DNA of 64,000 nucleotides from an uncultured Gammaproteobacteria bacterium (GCA_964540055.1 CAZILC010000002.1:5663-69662); one strand, 5' to 3'. Positions 19,130 through 28,069 are shown, counted from the stretch's first letter. Notes: generated by a model from the letters alone, not told the origin. A program made the numbers and translations.

Positions 19130-20365
19130 TTACATTGAAACTTTATCGACTTCGACAATACTGCCGAGGGAGTATTTGCTGGTAAAGGGAATATTATGGC
19201 CGTTTGGCGTGTATGGATCATTCATTTGATAGCTGCCACCAGAACCGCTGATAAGAACGACAAAATGATCTGGGTACGGTCCGCCATCATAACTTATTCC
19301 CACAATTATCGGATCTGAAATTGTATCAGGAATTGCACCAGATGAACTCCCCAATCTTGATCTACTTGCACCCACACCATTTGCTGAGATCGAAAAGTTC
19401 AAAAGTGCGGCAGGAATACCGCTGAAATTGCCGCCATTTGAATTGATAGAAACCGGCGTCACATCTTTATGACCATAATGCGTATAAACCATCGCCATTG
19501 ATGTCATAAGACATCCCACACTTGCTATTGAATATTGTGTCCCATTTAATGCTAGTCCTCCCCATTGTGTGTCCCGCTGGTTGTAATAACAGCCCCAATC
19601 ATCACAAACGGTTTGCCCGCTCAAAAGAGATGCTCCTCCCTGGCTGGTTGCAAAACTACTAAAACTGGCAAGCTGAGCTTTTGTTTGTTCAAGGAGCCTT
19701 TCATAGGTTGCCTCATCTCCTTGGGTTTGCGAAAGGAGATTTTGTTTTGCTGTTTTTTGTGAATCCAAGTCTTTCGTGTACTGCTGCAACTGGGTATTCA
19801 GCGCGAGAACTTGTCTCTTTTGACCTTCAAGAATATTTTTCTGATTGGCATAATCAACCCGTGCCTGCTGCGTATCATAGAGCAACTGCTGGTCATGTTT
19901 CTGCACAAATTTCAAATAATTTTCTTTCGTCATCATATCTGAGATATCACTTGAACTCAAAAGCACCTGCATATCCGCTCCGCTTCCCGCCTGATAAGCT
20001 GCGACAATATGACTCAATAATACTTTGGTTACATTGGTCAGAGAATTTTCCAGATTGCCCATTCTTTTGCCGGCAGAATCAATATCCATAGTCAAAGACA
20101 TAATCTGTTGCTGAGTTGCATTGATACGGTACTGGGTCAGTTGAATTTGATTATCCATTACGCCAATCTGAGAATTAAGCGTATCACCTTGCGATTTCAA
20201 ATCCGAAACTTTCTGCTGGAGCTCTGAGATCCGTTGATTGAGCTGACTCACTGTTGATGAATTATCGCTTGATCCGGGAGTCGGAGAAGTCTCATCCGCG
20301 AACACAAAAACACCGGAAAATCCGAAAATAATAACAGCAACTATGACACACACTATCTTTTTCAT
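19130..20365 (-). CDS. secreted coiled-coil protein with a C-terminal C39-like cysteine peptidase domain (FtsEX-associated hydrolase candidate)
   Basis: 411 aa. A signal-peptide-like N-terminus is followed by about 230 aa of Q/L-rich heptad-like sequence. The C-terminus carries 'YYNQRDTQWGG...SVGCLMTSMAMVYTHYG...DHFVVL'. Confidence 0.72.
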   Translation of the reverse strand: MKKIVCVIVAVIIFGFSGVFVFADETSPTPGSSDNSSTVSQLNQRISELQQKVSDLKSQGDTLNSQIGVMDNQIQLTQYRINATQQQIMSLTMDIDSAGKRMGNLENSLTNVTKVLLSHIVAAYQAGSGADMQVLLSSSDISDMMTKENYLKFVQKHDQQLLYDTQQARVDYANQKNILEGQKRQVLALNTQLQQYTKDLDSQKTAKQNLLSQTQGDEATYERLLEQTKAQLASFSSFATSQGGASLLSGQTVCDDWGCYYNQRDTQWGGLALNGTQYSIASVGCLMTSMAMVYTHYGHKDVTPVSINSNGGNFSGIPAALLNFSISANGVGASRSRLGSSSGAIPDTISDPIIVGISYDGGPYPDHFVVLISGSGGSYQMNDPYTPNGHNIPFTSKYSLGSIVEVDKVSM

Positions 20366-20398
20366 AAATTTTTAAACTCTACATTCTGCTTTGCAGAA

Positions 20399-21265
20399 TT
20401 ATTTCAAATACCGCAGAACCGCCAACGAACTGGCAAGTATGCCAAGAAGGACAGCAAGCACTAATTCCCCGATTAGAAGACCAATCAGGAAAAAGGGAGA
20501 AACAGGAAAAAGAGGTATTCCTTTCAAAAATGATTCAAGATATGGTGAGAAATAAACTAGGCTGCCTGTCGCAACAACCCAACCGATAAACGTGCCAATT
20601 GCTCCGTAAAAAATACCCTCAAGCATAAAAGGCCACCGTATATACCAGTTAGTCGCGGACAGCAATTTCATAATTTCTATCTCCTCACGTTTTTGAGAAA
20701 CTTTAAATCCTATTACTGTCATCATAATAAATATTGACACAACAGTCAAAATTACAATAAGAATAACACCAATGACACGCACAGCATTGGTCCAGCGGGC
20801 TAGTGTCGAGACAATATCTTTCTGATAGACAACTTGAGAAACATACGGTGATTTTTGCAGAATTTGTGATACAGAACCTAGGTCCTGAATCCGAGTCGTG
20901 GAAATTTCCAAAGACGCAGGAAGAATATCCGCAGTTACAAGATCCAAAAGTAAGGGATCATTTTTATTTTGCGCTTTGTAAATTTGTAAGGCTTGCTCTT
21001 TTGAAATATATTTGGTTGAAGCAATCATACCTGTTGCATCAAGCTGATTACGAAGACCATCGATATTCTGTTGAGTTGCCGTATCTTTAAAAAATGCTGT
21101 GACTTGGGGTTTGGATTCAAAGAAATTAATAATCGAGCTTGATCCAAAAACAATAAATGCAAAAACCGTAATGGAAAGAAAGGTTAACACCATAATAAAA
21201 ATAGCGGCAAGTGATTGATAAGGACTTCTTCGAATATGTTGAAATGTGGTTTTAGTTGCTTTCAT
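20399..21265 (-). CDS. ftsX: cell division permease FtsX
   Basis: 288 aa. One TM segment, a periplasmic loop and three C-terminal TM segments. It lies immediately downstream of ftsE. Confidence 0.9.
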   Translation of the reverse strand: MKATKTTFQHIRRSPYQSLAAIFIMVLTFLSITVFAFIVFGSSSIINFFESKPQVTAFFKDTATQQNIDGLRNQLDATGMIASTKYISKEQALQIYKAQNKNDPLLLDLVTADILPASLEISTTRIQDLGSVSQILQKSPYVSQVVYQKDIVSTLARWTNAVRVIGVILIVILTVVSIFIMMTVIGFKVSQKREEIEIMKLLSATNWYIRWPFMLEGIFYGAIGTFIGWVVATGSLVYFSPYLESFLKGIPLFPVSPFFLIGLLIGELVLAVLLGILASSLAVLRYLK

Positions 21266-21282
21266 AGATCTAATTTTTAAAA

Positions 21283-21981
21283 CTATTCCTTCTTGTCTTC
21301 ATGCTCTTTTTTATGCTTTCCGTGCTGATCTTTTGTCAATTTTCCTTTTTCCAATACAAGTGTCCTATTCTTCAAACTATTCACAATATCAGCATTGTGC
21401 GTTGCCATCACAATTGTTGTCCCGCTAGCGTTAATATCCTGAAGCAATTTAATAATTTCCCAAGAAGTCGCGTTATCTAAATTTCCTGTCGGCTCATCAG
21501 CAAGGATGATCTCAGGAGAAAATGCCAATGCGCGGGCAATTGCTGCCCGTTGTAATTCTCCACCAGATAGTTGAATTGGAAATTTATCCCTGTGATCTGC
21601 GATACCCACTCGCTCAATAATTCCTTCAACTCGCTCTCTAGCTTCTTGTGAATCAATATTTCCTACTTCCAGCGGAAACATAATATTTTCATAAATTGTC
21701 CGATCGCGTAAAAGTTTGAGATCCTGAAAGACCATGCCGATGTTCTTTCGCAATTGATGGATTTTATTCTTCGGCAAATTTACCAGATCCCAATCGCCGA
21801 TAAATATGCCACCTGTTGATGGTACTGCATCTCGGATCAAAAGACGAAACAAAGTTGTTTTACCAGATCCGGATGGACCGATAACAAAAACAAATTCACC
21901 ACGATCTATTGTAAAAGTTACATTATCGAGTGCAGTATTCCCTGTCGGATATTGTTTGGTAACATTTTCAAAACGAATCAT
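21283..21981 (-). CDS. ftsE: cell division ATP-binding protein FtsE
   Basis: Walker A 'GPSGSGKTT', ABC signature 'LSGGELQR' and Walker B 'ILADEPTGNLD'. The start at 21981 ('MIRFENVTKQY') forms an ATGA overlap with the upstream gene. Confidence 0.93.
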   Translation of the reverse strand: MIRFENVTKQYPTGNTALDNVTFTIDRGEFVFVIGPSGSGKTTLFRLLIRDAVPSTGGIFIGDWDLVNLPKNKIHQLRKNIGMVFQDLKLLRDRTIYENIMFPLEVGNIDSQEARERVEGIIERVGIADHRDKFPIQLSGGELQRAAIARALAFSPEIILADEPTGNLDNATSWEIIKLLQDINASGTTIVMATHNADIVNSLKNRTLVLEKGKLTKDQHGKHKKEHEDKKE

Positions 21982-22517
21982 TCCACCTGAACCTTTCCTA
22001 CATCCATTAACCACCCGGCATGCTGGGCTGATTGTGTTTGTCCCCATACTTTAATTTTCTGGTTAATGAATTGAGAAAGATCAACATTGGATGAGGTGAG
22101 ATAGACATTTTGACTGTCACCGCCGGGACGAACGAGATGATATTGCCCTTCTCCATCAACACCGCCATTTTTCAAAATTCCTTCAGCGGTGTCTTTAAAT
22201 ACTTTAGGATCGCCATCTCCGAATGTTTTGCCTTTTGAGTGAGCATTGGGGTTGAGACTATTCGGCACTATACCAGCGCCTGTCTTTGCGGAAACCATTG
22301 ATGTGCCATAACCGACACCAACTCCGAGAAGAATCATTAAGACGAAAACAAAAATTACAGTTCCACCTGATATGGCTTCTTTTTTGTCTGAAAATGTTTG
22401 CATGAGAGAATCGTTTGGTGATTTAGAGTTAGATGAAGTTGTCGCAACAGGCGTTTTATGTTCTGAAACGCTCTTAACAAATGGACTCGTTGGATTTTTT
22501 GCTTTATCCATGGGCAA
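21978..22517 (-). CDS. membrane-anchored hypothetical protein, first gene of the ftsEX operon
   Basis: 179 aa. A low-complexity N-terminus is followed by one TM segment ('VIFVFVLMILLGVGVGYG') and an extracytoplasmic domain. It is translationally coupled to ftsE. Confidence 0.55.
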   Translation of the reverse strand: MPMDKAKNPTSPFVKSVSEHKTPVATTSSNSKSPNDSLMQTFSDKKEAISGGTVIFVFVLMILLGVGVGYGTSMVSAKTGAGIVPNSLNPNAHSKGKTFGDGDPKVFKDTAEGILKNGGVDGEGQYHLVRPGGDSQNVYLTSSNVDLSQFINQKIKVWGQTQSAQHAGWLMDVGKVQVE

Positions 22518-22700
22518 CTAGTCTATCTCAAACACCTGCTGTTTTTTTGATTAGAATTGACACACAAATACAAAAAACAGCGGTCTTAAACCTAAGACTA
22601 GTAAAGCATATTTATAACCATTTATCAACCCGCGAATGCTCAGCATTTTTATAATAAATCCGAAACAACATCTTTGCCCATAAGAATAACTATGGACAGT

Positions 22701-22726
22701 TGTCAAACTTAGACAACAGTTTGACA
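22701..22726. promoter_or_regulatory. perfect 8-bp inverted repeat overlapping the -35 box of orphan F (operator candidate)
   Basis: TGTCAAAC (22701-22708), 10 nt, then GTTTGACA (22719-22726). The right arm contains the TTGACA -35 hexamer. Confidence 0.35.
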
Positions 22727-22749
22727 TTAGCTTCATTTTTTGCTACTAT
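22721..22749 (+). promoter_or_regulatory. sigma70-like promoter of orphan F
   Basis: TTGACA (22721-22726), a 17-nt spacer, then TACTAT (22744-22749). The ATG is at 22776. Confidence 0.5.
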
Positions 22750-22775
22750 CTGAAGCTCAAATGTTTTAATCTAGT

Positions 22776-23678
22776 ATGATGCCTGATAGATTTACACCAC
22801 AACAAGTAAAAGGAATCAGAGAGCCTGGAATGCGAACTTTTCCGGGTGCTGGTGAGATTTTGCGTCCACCTCGAGGTACACAAGTCGTAGTACTGAATGC
22901 AGAACCTTTTAGCACAATTGGGCCTAATCTTAGCAATTCCGTGAGAGATCCCAAAGGAGATGTTATGTTTCAATGGAATACAACTTCACATTGGTTACAT
23001 CCTAATAATGCGCTAAATGTGCCTCTACAGCATCCTAGTACACAATTTCCAGAGGTGAATAAACCTGAAGTTAGTCGACGTATTGGAGGCTTAATTGGAA
23101 CTGGATCCGGCGCAATGATCTTTGATTCTGATCGTAAACCATGGATAGAGAAATATTTAGATTTTCTCAGAGGCGCTGCTGATGCACAAATTGTTTCCAA
23201 ATTTACGTGTTTTTCGGCACAAGCTTTTGCAGAAGCCATGGGTGGGGATGAAACAGTTCGGGAGAACCCTTCACAAGTAAGAAATTTCGGAGTTGGTAGA
23301 TATAATTTAACAGATAAAGGAAGAGAGCATTGGCTGCTTGAAGGATTAGATGATGGATTTTTGGCATATAGAAGTCACTTCCAAAGCATCAATCCGGATA
23401 AATTACCTCGAGGTGTCGAGGTGCTTGCAGTAGATGCTGATGATGGTTATGTTGCAGCCCTGGGTTATGGTAATATCGGAGCAATACAATTCCATACCGA
23501 TCTTTCAATGGAGGCAATGTATGGACTTGCTATAGGAAGAGAAGATGAATTATTAAATAGAGGAATAACACTCAGTGATTTTTCACAAGAATTAAAATTT
23601 TTTGAAGAAGCAGTTATGCATACTAATAATACTATCAATCATAATTTTTACCGGAGAATGTTTGATCAAGCTGCTTAG
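22776..23678 (+). CDS. divergent class I glutamine amidotransferase-like protein (orphan F)
   Basis: 300 aa. It aligns by eye along its whole length with the GATase at 35405-36121. 'GTGSGAMIFDSD' matches 'MGGPMGVYEDKE', 'KFTCFSAQAFAEAMGG' matches 'FGFCLGHQLLAYALGA', and 'GAIQFHTD' matches 'FGIQFHFE'. Confidence 0.55.
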   Translation: MMPDRFTPQQVKGIREPGMRTFPGAGEILRPPRGTQVVVLNAEPFSTIGPNLSNSVRDPKGDVMFQWNTTSHWLHPNNALNVPLQHPSTQFPEVNKPEVSRRIGGLIGTGSGAMIFDSDRKPWIEKYLDFLRGAADAQIVSKFTCFSAQAFAEAMGGDETVRENPSQVRNFGVGRYNLTDKGREHWLLEGLDDGFLAYRSHFQSINPDKLPRGVEVLAVDADDGYVAALGYGNIGAIQFHTDLSMEAMYGLAIGREDELLNRGITLSDFSQELKFFEEAVMHTNNTINHNFYRRMFDQAA

Positions 23679-23739
23679 AAAATTTCTTTCTGGTAATTAC
23701 AGACCTCTTCCTGTATAATAGCCTCACAAGCCCAACAGT

Positions 23740-24402
23740 ATGTTCAAAATTCAAAAACTCGATTTTCTAATTGCCTTTTATATTACCTGTGTCATCATCT
23801 CAGAAGTCATGGGCGCAAAAACTTTCCCTATCACAAGCATCGGTTCATTTCATCTCAATGCCACAGTCGTAATCTTCGTTTTACCATTTATCTACGCAGC
23901 AAATGACATCATCGTTGAAGTATTCGGCAAAGAACGAGCACAAAGTGTTGTCCGCTCCAGTCTTTTTATGATTTTCTTTCTGCTTCTCTTTTCCGTACTT
24001 GCAACAATTCTTCCACCAAGTGCACGGTTTGAGCAAACAAATGCTGCATACAATACCATCTTTGGCATTTCAATTAGATTCTCAGCAGCATCCCTAATCG
24101 CTTTTGCTGTCTCGGAATTTCTGGATGTGTATATTTTTGCAAAAATGCGGGCAAAATTTGGCAAAAAGAAACTGTGGCTTCGTACCAATGTCTCAAACTT
24201 TATCAGTGAATTTTTTGATACTGCAATTTTTATGACTCTGGCTTTTTATGCTCTCAATCTTCCGGTAATGGCAAATCTCAGTTTCATAGCAGGTATCGCA
24301 CTTCCCTACTGGCTTCTTCGATGTTTTATGTCGGTTATTGAAACGCCCCTTGTTTACCTTGGTGTCAAATGGCTTGGTAAAAACTCCGACAGTAAGAAAT
24401 GA
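23740..24402 (+). CDS. yhhQ: YhhQ/VUT-family transporter (queuosine-precursor transporter family)
   Basis: 220 aa with about 6 TM segments and 'FVLPFIYAANDIIVEVFG' and 'SEFLDVYIFAKMR', typical of YhhQ/DUF165. Confidence 0.82.
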   Translation: MFKIQKLDFLIAFYITCVIISEVMGAKTFPITSIGSFHLNATVVIFVLPFIYAANDIIVEVFGKERAQSVVRSSLFMIFFLLLFSVLATILPPSARFEQTNAAYNTIFGISIRFSAASLIAFAVSEFLDVYIFAKMRAKFGKKKLWLRTNVSNFISEFFDTAIFMTLAFYALNLPVMANLSFIAGIALPYWLLRCFMSVIETPLVYLGVKWLGKNSDSKK

Positions 24403-24944
24403 AAATAATTCTCATCGACGTCTCATCACTTGACGGCAAACTCACCAAATGGAAAGGCAACGATATCTATGAATGGTCATCACGTGAAGATTTTATTCAT
24501 TTCCAAAAAGTAAAAAGCGAAAACAATCTTCTCGTTATGGGATCGGGTACCTTTGATAAAGTAAAAAACATTGAGGGGGCCGGATTAAAGCCAGAAAAAG
24601 AAAGGCTGCGGGTTATTTTAACAAGCAAACCCCAACAATACCAAAAATACGTTATCCCAGGCCAAATGGAATTCAGCGATGAATCACCACGGCAACTCAT
24701 AGCGCGTCTTTCAGAACGGGGATATAAACAAATGCTTCTTGTCTCAGGAGGCAAGGTGGCGACTTCTTTTTTTAAAGAACAATTAGTCGATGAATTATGG
24801 TTGACAATTGAGCCCAAAATTTTCGGCAGCGGCGAACCATTGGTCCAAGAAGGAGCATTTGATATCAGTCTTAAACTCCTCAGTATGGAAAAGCTCAACT
24901 CGCAAGGGACTCTTCTGTTAAAATATCAAGTAATCACACAATGA
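24399..24944 (+). CDS. RibD C-terminal domain / dihydrofolate reductase-family protein
   Basis: 181 aa with 'MKIILIDVSSLDGKLT' and 'LLVMGSGTF'. It has ATGA overlaps with both neighbours. Confidence 0.78.
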   Translation: MKIILIDVSSLDGKLTKWKGNDIYEWSSREDFIHFQKVKSENNLLVMGSGTFDKVKNIEGAGLKPEKERLRVILTSKPQQYQKYVIPGQMEFSDESPRQLIARLSERGYKQMLLVSGGKVATSFFKEQLVDELWLTIEPKIFGSGEPLVQEGAFDISLKLLSMEKLNSQGTLLLKYQVITQ

Positions 24945-25690
24945 AAGTAACTGCGTATAAAACCCACAAAGTAGATGTCGGAGAAGACATTTACAAAATA
25001 CTTGATAACTATCTTCCTAAGCTTGAAGAAAATTCAGTAGTAGCTATTGCTTCAAAAATCATCGCTTTTTGCCAGAAAGATGTTGTTAAAAAAGAACCCG
25101 GTATGGAAAAAAGAGATCTCATTATCGAAGAAGCTGATTATTTTTTGGGTGATGATTATCCAAGACCGTTTGGACAAAACATCAGTATCAAAAATCATAC
25201 ACTTACAGCCAGCGCGGGAATTGATGAATCCAACGGCAATGGGTATTTCATTCTCTGGCCGAAAAATTTACAGGAGATAACAAATAACATCTGGGACTAT
25301 TTGCGTGAAAAACATAAAATTAAAAATCTGGGAGTTATTATCACAGATAGCCGTGTCGTACCAATGCGCTGGGGGGTTATAGGCATTTCGCTTTCATGGT
25401 GCGGATTTGAGCCGATTAAAGAATATGTTGGAACACCAGATATTTTTGGACGTACTATGATGGTCGAAAAAACAAGCATCATCGACAGTCTGGCAACCGC
25501 GGCAACAGTCGTGACAGGAGAGGGAGGAGAGCAGAAGCCATTGGCAGTAATTGAAGATGTGCCTTTTGTACAATTTCAAAACCGTCCACCAACTGATGAA
25601 GAAATCAAACATCTACAAATAGCCCTCAAAGACGACCTCTTCGAACCCTTGATGAGCTCGGTGAAATGGAAAAAAGGGAAGGGGAAATAA
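24941..25690 (+). CDS. F420-0:gamma-glutamyl ligase (CofE)-like protein
   Basis: 249 aa with 'SKIIAFCQ', 'AGIDESNGNGYFILWP' and 'VIITDS', the pattern of the CofE/FbiB N-domain family. Confidence 0.75.
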   Translation: MKVTAYKTHKVDVGEDIYKILDNYLPKLEENSVVAIASKIIAFCQKDVVKKEPGMEKRDLIIEEADYFLGDDYPRPFGQNISIKNHTLTASAGIDESNGNGYFILWPKNLQEITNNIWDYLREKHKIKNLGVIITDSRVVPMRWGVIGISLSWCGFEPIKEYVGTPDIFGRTMMVEKTSIIDSLATAATVVTGEGGEQKPLAVIEDVPFVQFQNRPPTDEEIKHLQIALKDDLFEPLMSSVKWKKGKGK

Positions 25691-25754
25691 CAAATAACTC
25701 TCAATTTTTACTTTTCAAACACTGAAACATTGCATCGTACATTAGTTGCTTAAC

Positions 25755-26762
25755 TTAGAGGGTTCTCAATTCTTCTTCAATAAACTGATCCAATTCACCA
25801 TTTAAAACAGCATCGGTATTACCAGTCTCAACACCAGTTCGCAAATCTTTTACCATACGATACGGATGTAAAACGTAGGATCGTATTTGGTTACCCCAAC
25901 CGGGCGTCTTGTAGCCCCCTTTTAATTTGGCTTCTTCTTTTTTCCGCTCATCATCCTTGATAGCCCATAATTTTGCTTTCAACAATTTCATGGCGAACTC
26001 TCGATTTTGCCCCTGATACCGTTGCGTCTGAGCTGTGACTACGATGCCCGTCGGCTTATGACGTATGCGAACAGCGGTTGAAACTTTATTGACATTTTGA
26101 CCGCCATGTCCTCCTGAACGAAACGCTTCAAATTCAATATCATCATCTTTTATTTCAATTTCGCCATTGTCCTCCGTCACTTCAGGCAAGACTTCAACCA
26201 TAGCAAAAGATGTTTGACGTAAGTTATCAGAATTGAAAGGAGATAAGCGAACTAATCTATGAACGCCCGCTTCATGTTTTAAATTCCCAAATGCATATTT
26301 TCCCTCAACAGCAAGCGTAATGCTTTTCAAACCCGCTTCTTCACCTGGCGTTTCATCCAAAATGTCATAACCCCAGCCTTTTTTTTCAAAATACCGAGTG
26401 TACATGCGAAAAAGCATCTCCGTCCAATCCATTGCCTCAGTCCCGCCTTGTCCTGAATGAATTGCGAAAATCGCGTTGGACTTATCATACGGAGAAGAGA
26501 AGAACATAAGTAATTCCAAACGCTTCAAGAGGCTTTCTGCTTCATCAAATTCTCCTTCTTCCACCCACAATTGTAAAAGCTCAACTTCCTCAACTTCTTT
26601 TTGAAGCGATGCCAGCTCTTTCATTTTTTCAGCGGCATTCTGATGATCATCCCAAAAATTCGCTTTCATGCTCTCAGCTTCCAAATCACGAATTCTTTTG
26701 TGCTTGTCTTCAACGCCGACCCGCTCAACTAATTTTGTTACTCGCTCTTTTATTTCTTCCAT
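25755..26762 (-). CDS. prfB: peptide chain release factor 2
   Basis: 335 aa with the 'SPF' tripeptide ('VRLSPFNS') and the GGQ motif ('[11 protein letters not shown]'). It is a single uninterrupted frame. Confidence 0.93.
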   Translation of the reverse strand: MEEIKERVTKLVERVGVEDKHKRIRDLEAESMKANFWDDHQNAAEKMKELASLQKEVEEVELLQLWVEEGEFDEAESLLKRLELLMFFSSPYDKSNAIFAIHSGQGGTEAMDWTEMLFRMYTRYFEKKGWGYDILDETPGEEAGLKSITLAVEGKYAFGNLKHEAGVHRLVRLSPFNSDNLRQTSFAMVEVLPEVTEDNGEIEIKDDDIEFEAFRSGGHGGQNVNKVSTAVRIRHKPTGIVVTAQTQRYQGQNREFAMKLLKAKLWAIKDDERKKEEAKLKGGYKTPGWGNQIRSYVLHPYRMVKDLRTGVETGNTDAVLNGELDQFIEEELRTL

Positions 26763-26765
26763 ACT

Positions 26766-27089
26766 TTACTTCTTTTTATCTTTAGATTCTAACACATTGT
26801 TAATTTGATCCTGAGTGAAATTCTTGATGTCATTTATATCTTTTGGAATCCGTTGAAATCTGTTGAAATAAGCCACAACATCCGACAGACTGATATGCAT
26901 TGCCTGTTCTTTTGCAGAATCAATTTGAATCCCAACATCCTGAGATATATGCCCGGCTATATCTTGTCCACGCTCTGTACTTGCTCCTTTTACTCCGACC
27001 TGCTTTTGGAGCATGCCGGAATAATTTGTGACAAGATAAATAACGACAACCAACGCCAGGACTGCAATAACATTTCGAAGATGTATCAT
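26766..27089 (-). CDS. small membrane-anchored hypothetical protein
   Basis: The start is taken at the Met at 27089, followed by the TM segment 'VIAVLALVVVIYLV'. The stop lies 3 nt upstream of the prfB start. Confidence 0.5.
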   Translation of the reverse strand: MIHLRNVIAVLALVVVIYLVTNYSGMLQKQVGVKGASTERGQDIAGHISQDVGIQIDSAKEQAMHISLSDVVAYFNRFQRIPKDINDIKNFTQDQINNVLESKDKKK

Positions 27090-27152
27090 ACTATCTAGTA
27101 TACCGCAAAACCGTATCAATAACCTTTAAGAATAAACAAATAATTATAAACC

Positions 27153-27168
27153 TATAATATGCTATAAT
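27153..27168 (+). promoter_or_regulatory. two tandem TATAAT boxes upstream of orphan G
   Basis: TATAAT at 27153-27158 and at 27163-27168. The second is 8 nt upstream of the ATG at 27177. The -35 region is AT-rich with no clear hexamer. Confidence 0.35.
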
Positions 27169-27176
27169 ACTCTTCT

Positions 27177-27908
27177 ATGCCTATAGAAACCAAACCTTTT
27201 ATAGACTTATTAGATGGTACGTATGCGGCAAATGAGGGTTTTGCTGCCAATTCTGCACCTGTGCGTGGATATCCAAGATTTGCGCCAATTGAACCTCAAC
27301 CTGATTATCCAACGGTATCAAATCCTGGAGATACCAAACTTCCGGAGATAAATAGAGGATTACTCCATGGTTTACTCTATGAAATTTTTTCTCCAGGAAA
27401 GACAGTCACTGCCGCGAATAGTACAAACCATGAAGTGGGTGTAAGATATGTGATTAGAAAACTCCGCTTAAGAACTATTGCTGAAATTGAAGAAGAATTC
27501 GCTACGTATACATCTGGAGAAAAAGGGACTTCTAAACCAGCTGCACATAAAGGTGTAATTCATCTTATTCCATCAAAAGCTGAAAATATGAGAATTGCTT
27601 TTGGCAGTCGTTTACCTGATACCATTGCATTAAGGCTACTTATTCCATCATTAAGAAACGGTGATGCATTTCAGGGTTTAAGAAAAGAGCAATCTACGCT
27701 GGGGCATTCTCTAGATGTCGCAACTGAATTAGGAATAGATACTATAGGTGACCTTAGAAGCGCCAATATTGCACGCTTACTTTTACGAACAACCAGACCG
27801 CAACAGTTAAGACAAAAACCTGTAGGTTCTTGGGCAAGGAGTTTGATATTTGCACAATATTCTATTAAAAGACCGGATTCATCCTCACCAAAAGCACATC
27901 GCACATGA
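27177..27908 (+). CDS. hypothetical protein (orphan G)
   Basis: 243-aa ORF with no TM segment. It is R/P/G-rich. I recognise no family. Confidence 0.5.
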   Translation: MPIETKPFIDLLDGTYAANEGFAANSAPVRGYPRFAPIEPQPDYPTVSNPGDTKLPEINRGLLHGLLYEIFSPGKTVTAANSTNHEVGVRYVIRKLRLRTIAEIEEEFATYTSGEKGTSKPAAHKGVIHLIPSKAENMRIAFGSRLPDTIALRLLIPSLRNGDAFQGLRKEQSTLGHSLDVATELGIDTIGDLRSANIARLLLRTTRPQQLRQKPVGSWARSLIFAQYSIKRPDSSSPKAHRT

Positions 27909-27949
27909 CAGTAAAGTACAAAGAATCTTGGCGTAATAAATCTCCACTC

Positions 27950-27977
27950 TTGACAAATACTCAGATAAACCTATAAT
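27950..27977 (+). promoter_or_regulatory. sigma70-like promoter of the purine operon
   Basis: TTGACA (27950-27955), a 16-nt spacer, then TATAAT (27972-27977), about 110 nt upstream of the purF ATG. Confidence 0.5.
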
Positions 27978-28045
27978 TAAATTGTAAGTATCCATGGTCA
28001 CCCAACTAGTCAAGATTTATAAAAAGAAATGACCGATTTTTTGGC

Positions 28046-28069
28046 AACCCGCGTAACAGCGGGTTTTTT
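28046..28069 (+). terminator. intrinsic terminator hairpin inside the pur leader (attenuator candidate)
   Basis: Stem AACCCGC (28046-28052), loop GTAACA, stem GCGGGTT (28059-28065), running into TTTTTT (28064-28069). Confidence 0.6.

Noticed and set aside
22538-22581. Inverted repeat GCTGTTTTTT-N24-AAAAAACAGC as a terminator
   Set aside because: The stem is mostly A/T with a 24-nt loop. It lies upstream of the minus-strand ftsEX operon rather than downstream of any gene, so it does not look like a [19 protein letters not shown] terminator. It could be a weak regulatory hairpin, but support is insufficient.
25755-26762. Programmed +1 frameshift in prfB
   Set aside because: The RF2 ORF is continuous from its ATG through the region that aligns with the classical frameshift site ('...[20 protein letters not shown]...'). 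The upstream gene ends only 3 nt before the start, so there is no separate short 5' ORF. This gene appears to lack the autoregulatory frameshift.
27600-27800. RNA polymerase alpha-CTD-like helix-hairpin-helix in orphan G ('GIDTIGDLRSANIARLL')
   Set aside because: The resemblance is limited to a few short words, in permuted order relative to the alpha-CTD ('RSANCL...IGDL'). That is too weak to call without a profile search.
27985-28045. Guanine/adenine, ZTP, PRPP or preQ1 riboswitch aptamer in the pur leader
   Set aside because: I could not find the conserved cores, such as the purine three-way junction with its loop-loop motifs or the ZTP 'GGGUCGUGA...CCGCCUGGG'. The segment is short and AT-rich. 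It is kept as an unassigned attenuator candidate rather than a named riboswitch.
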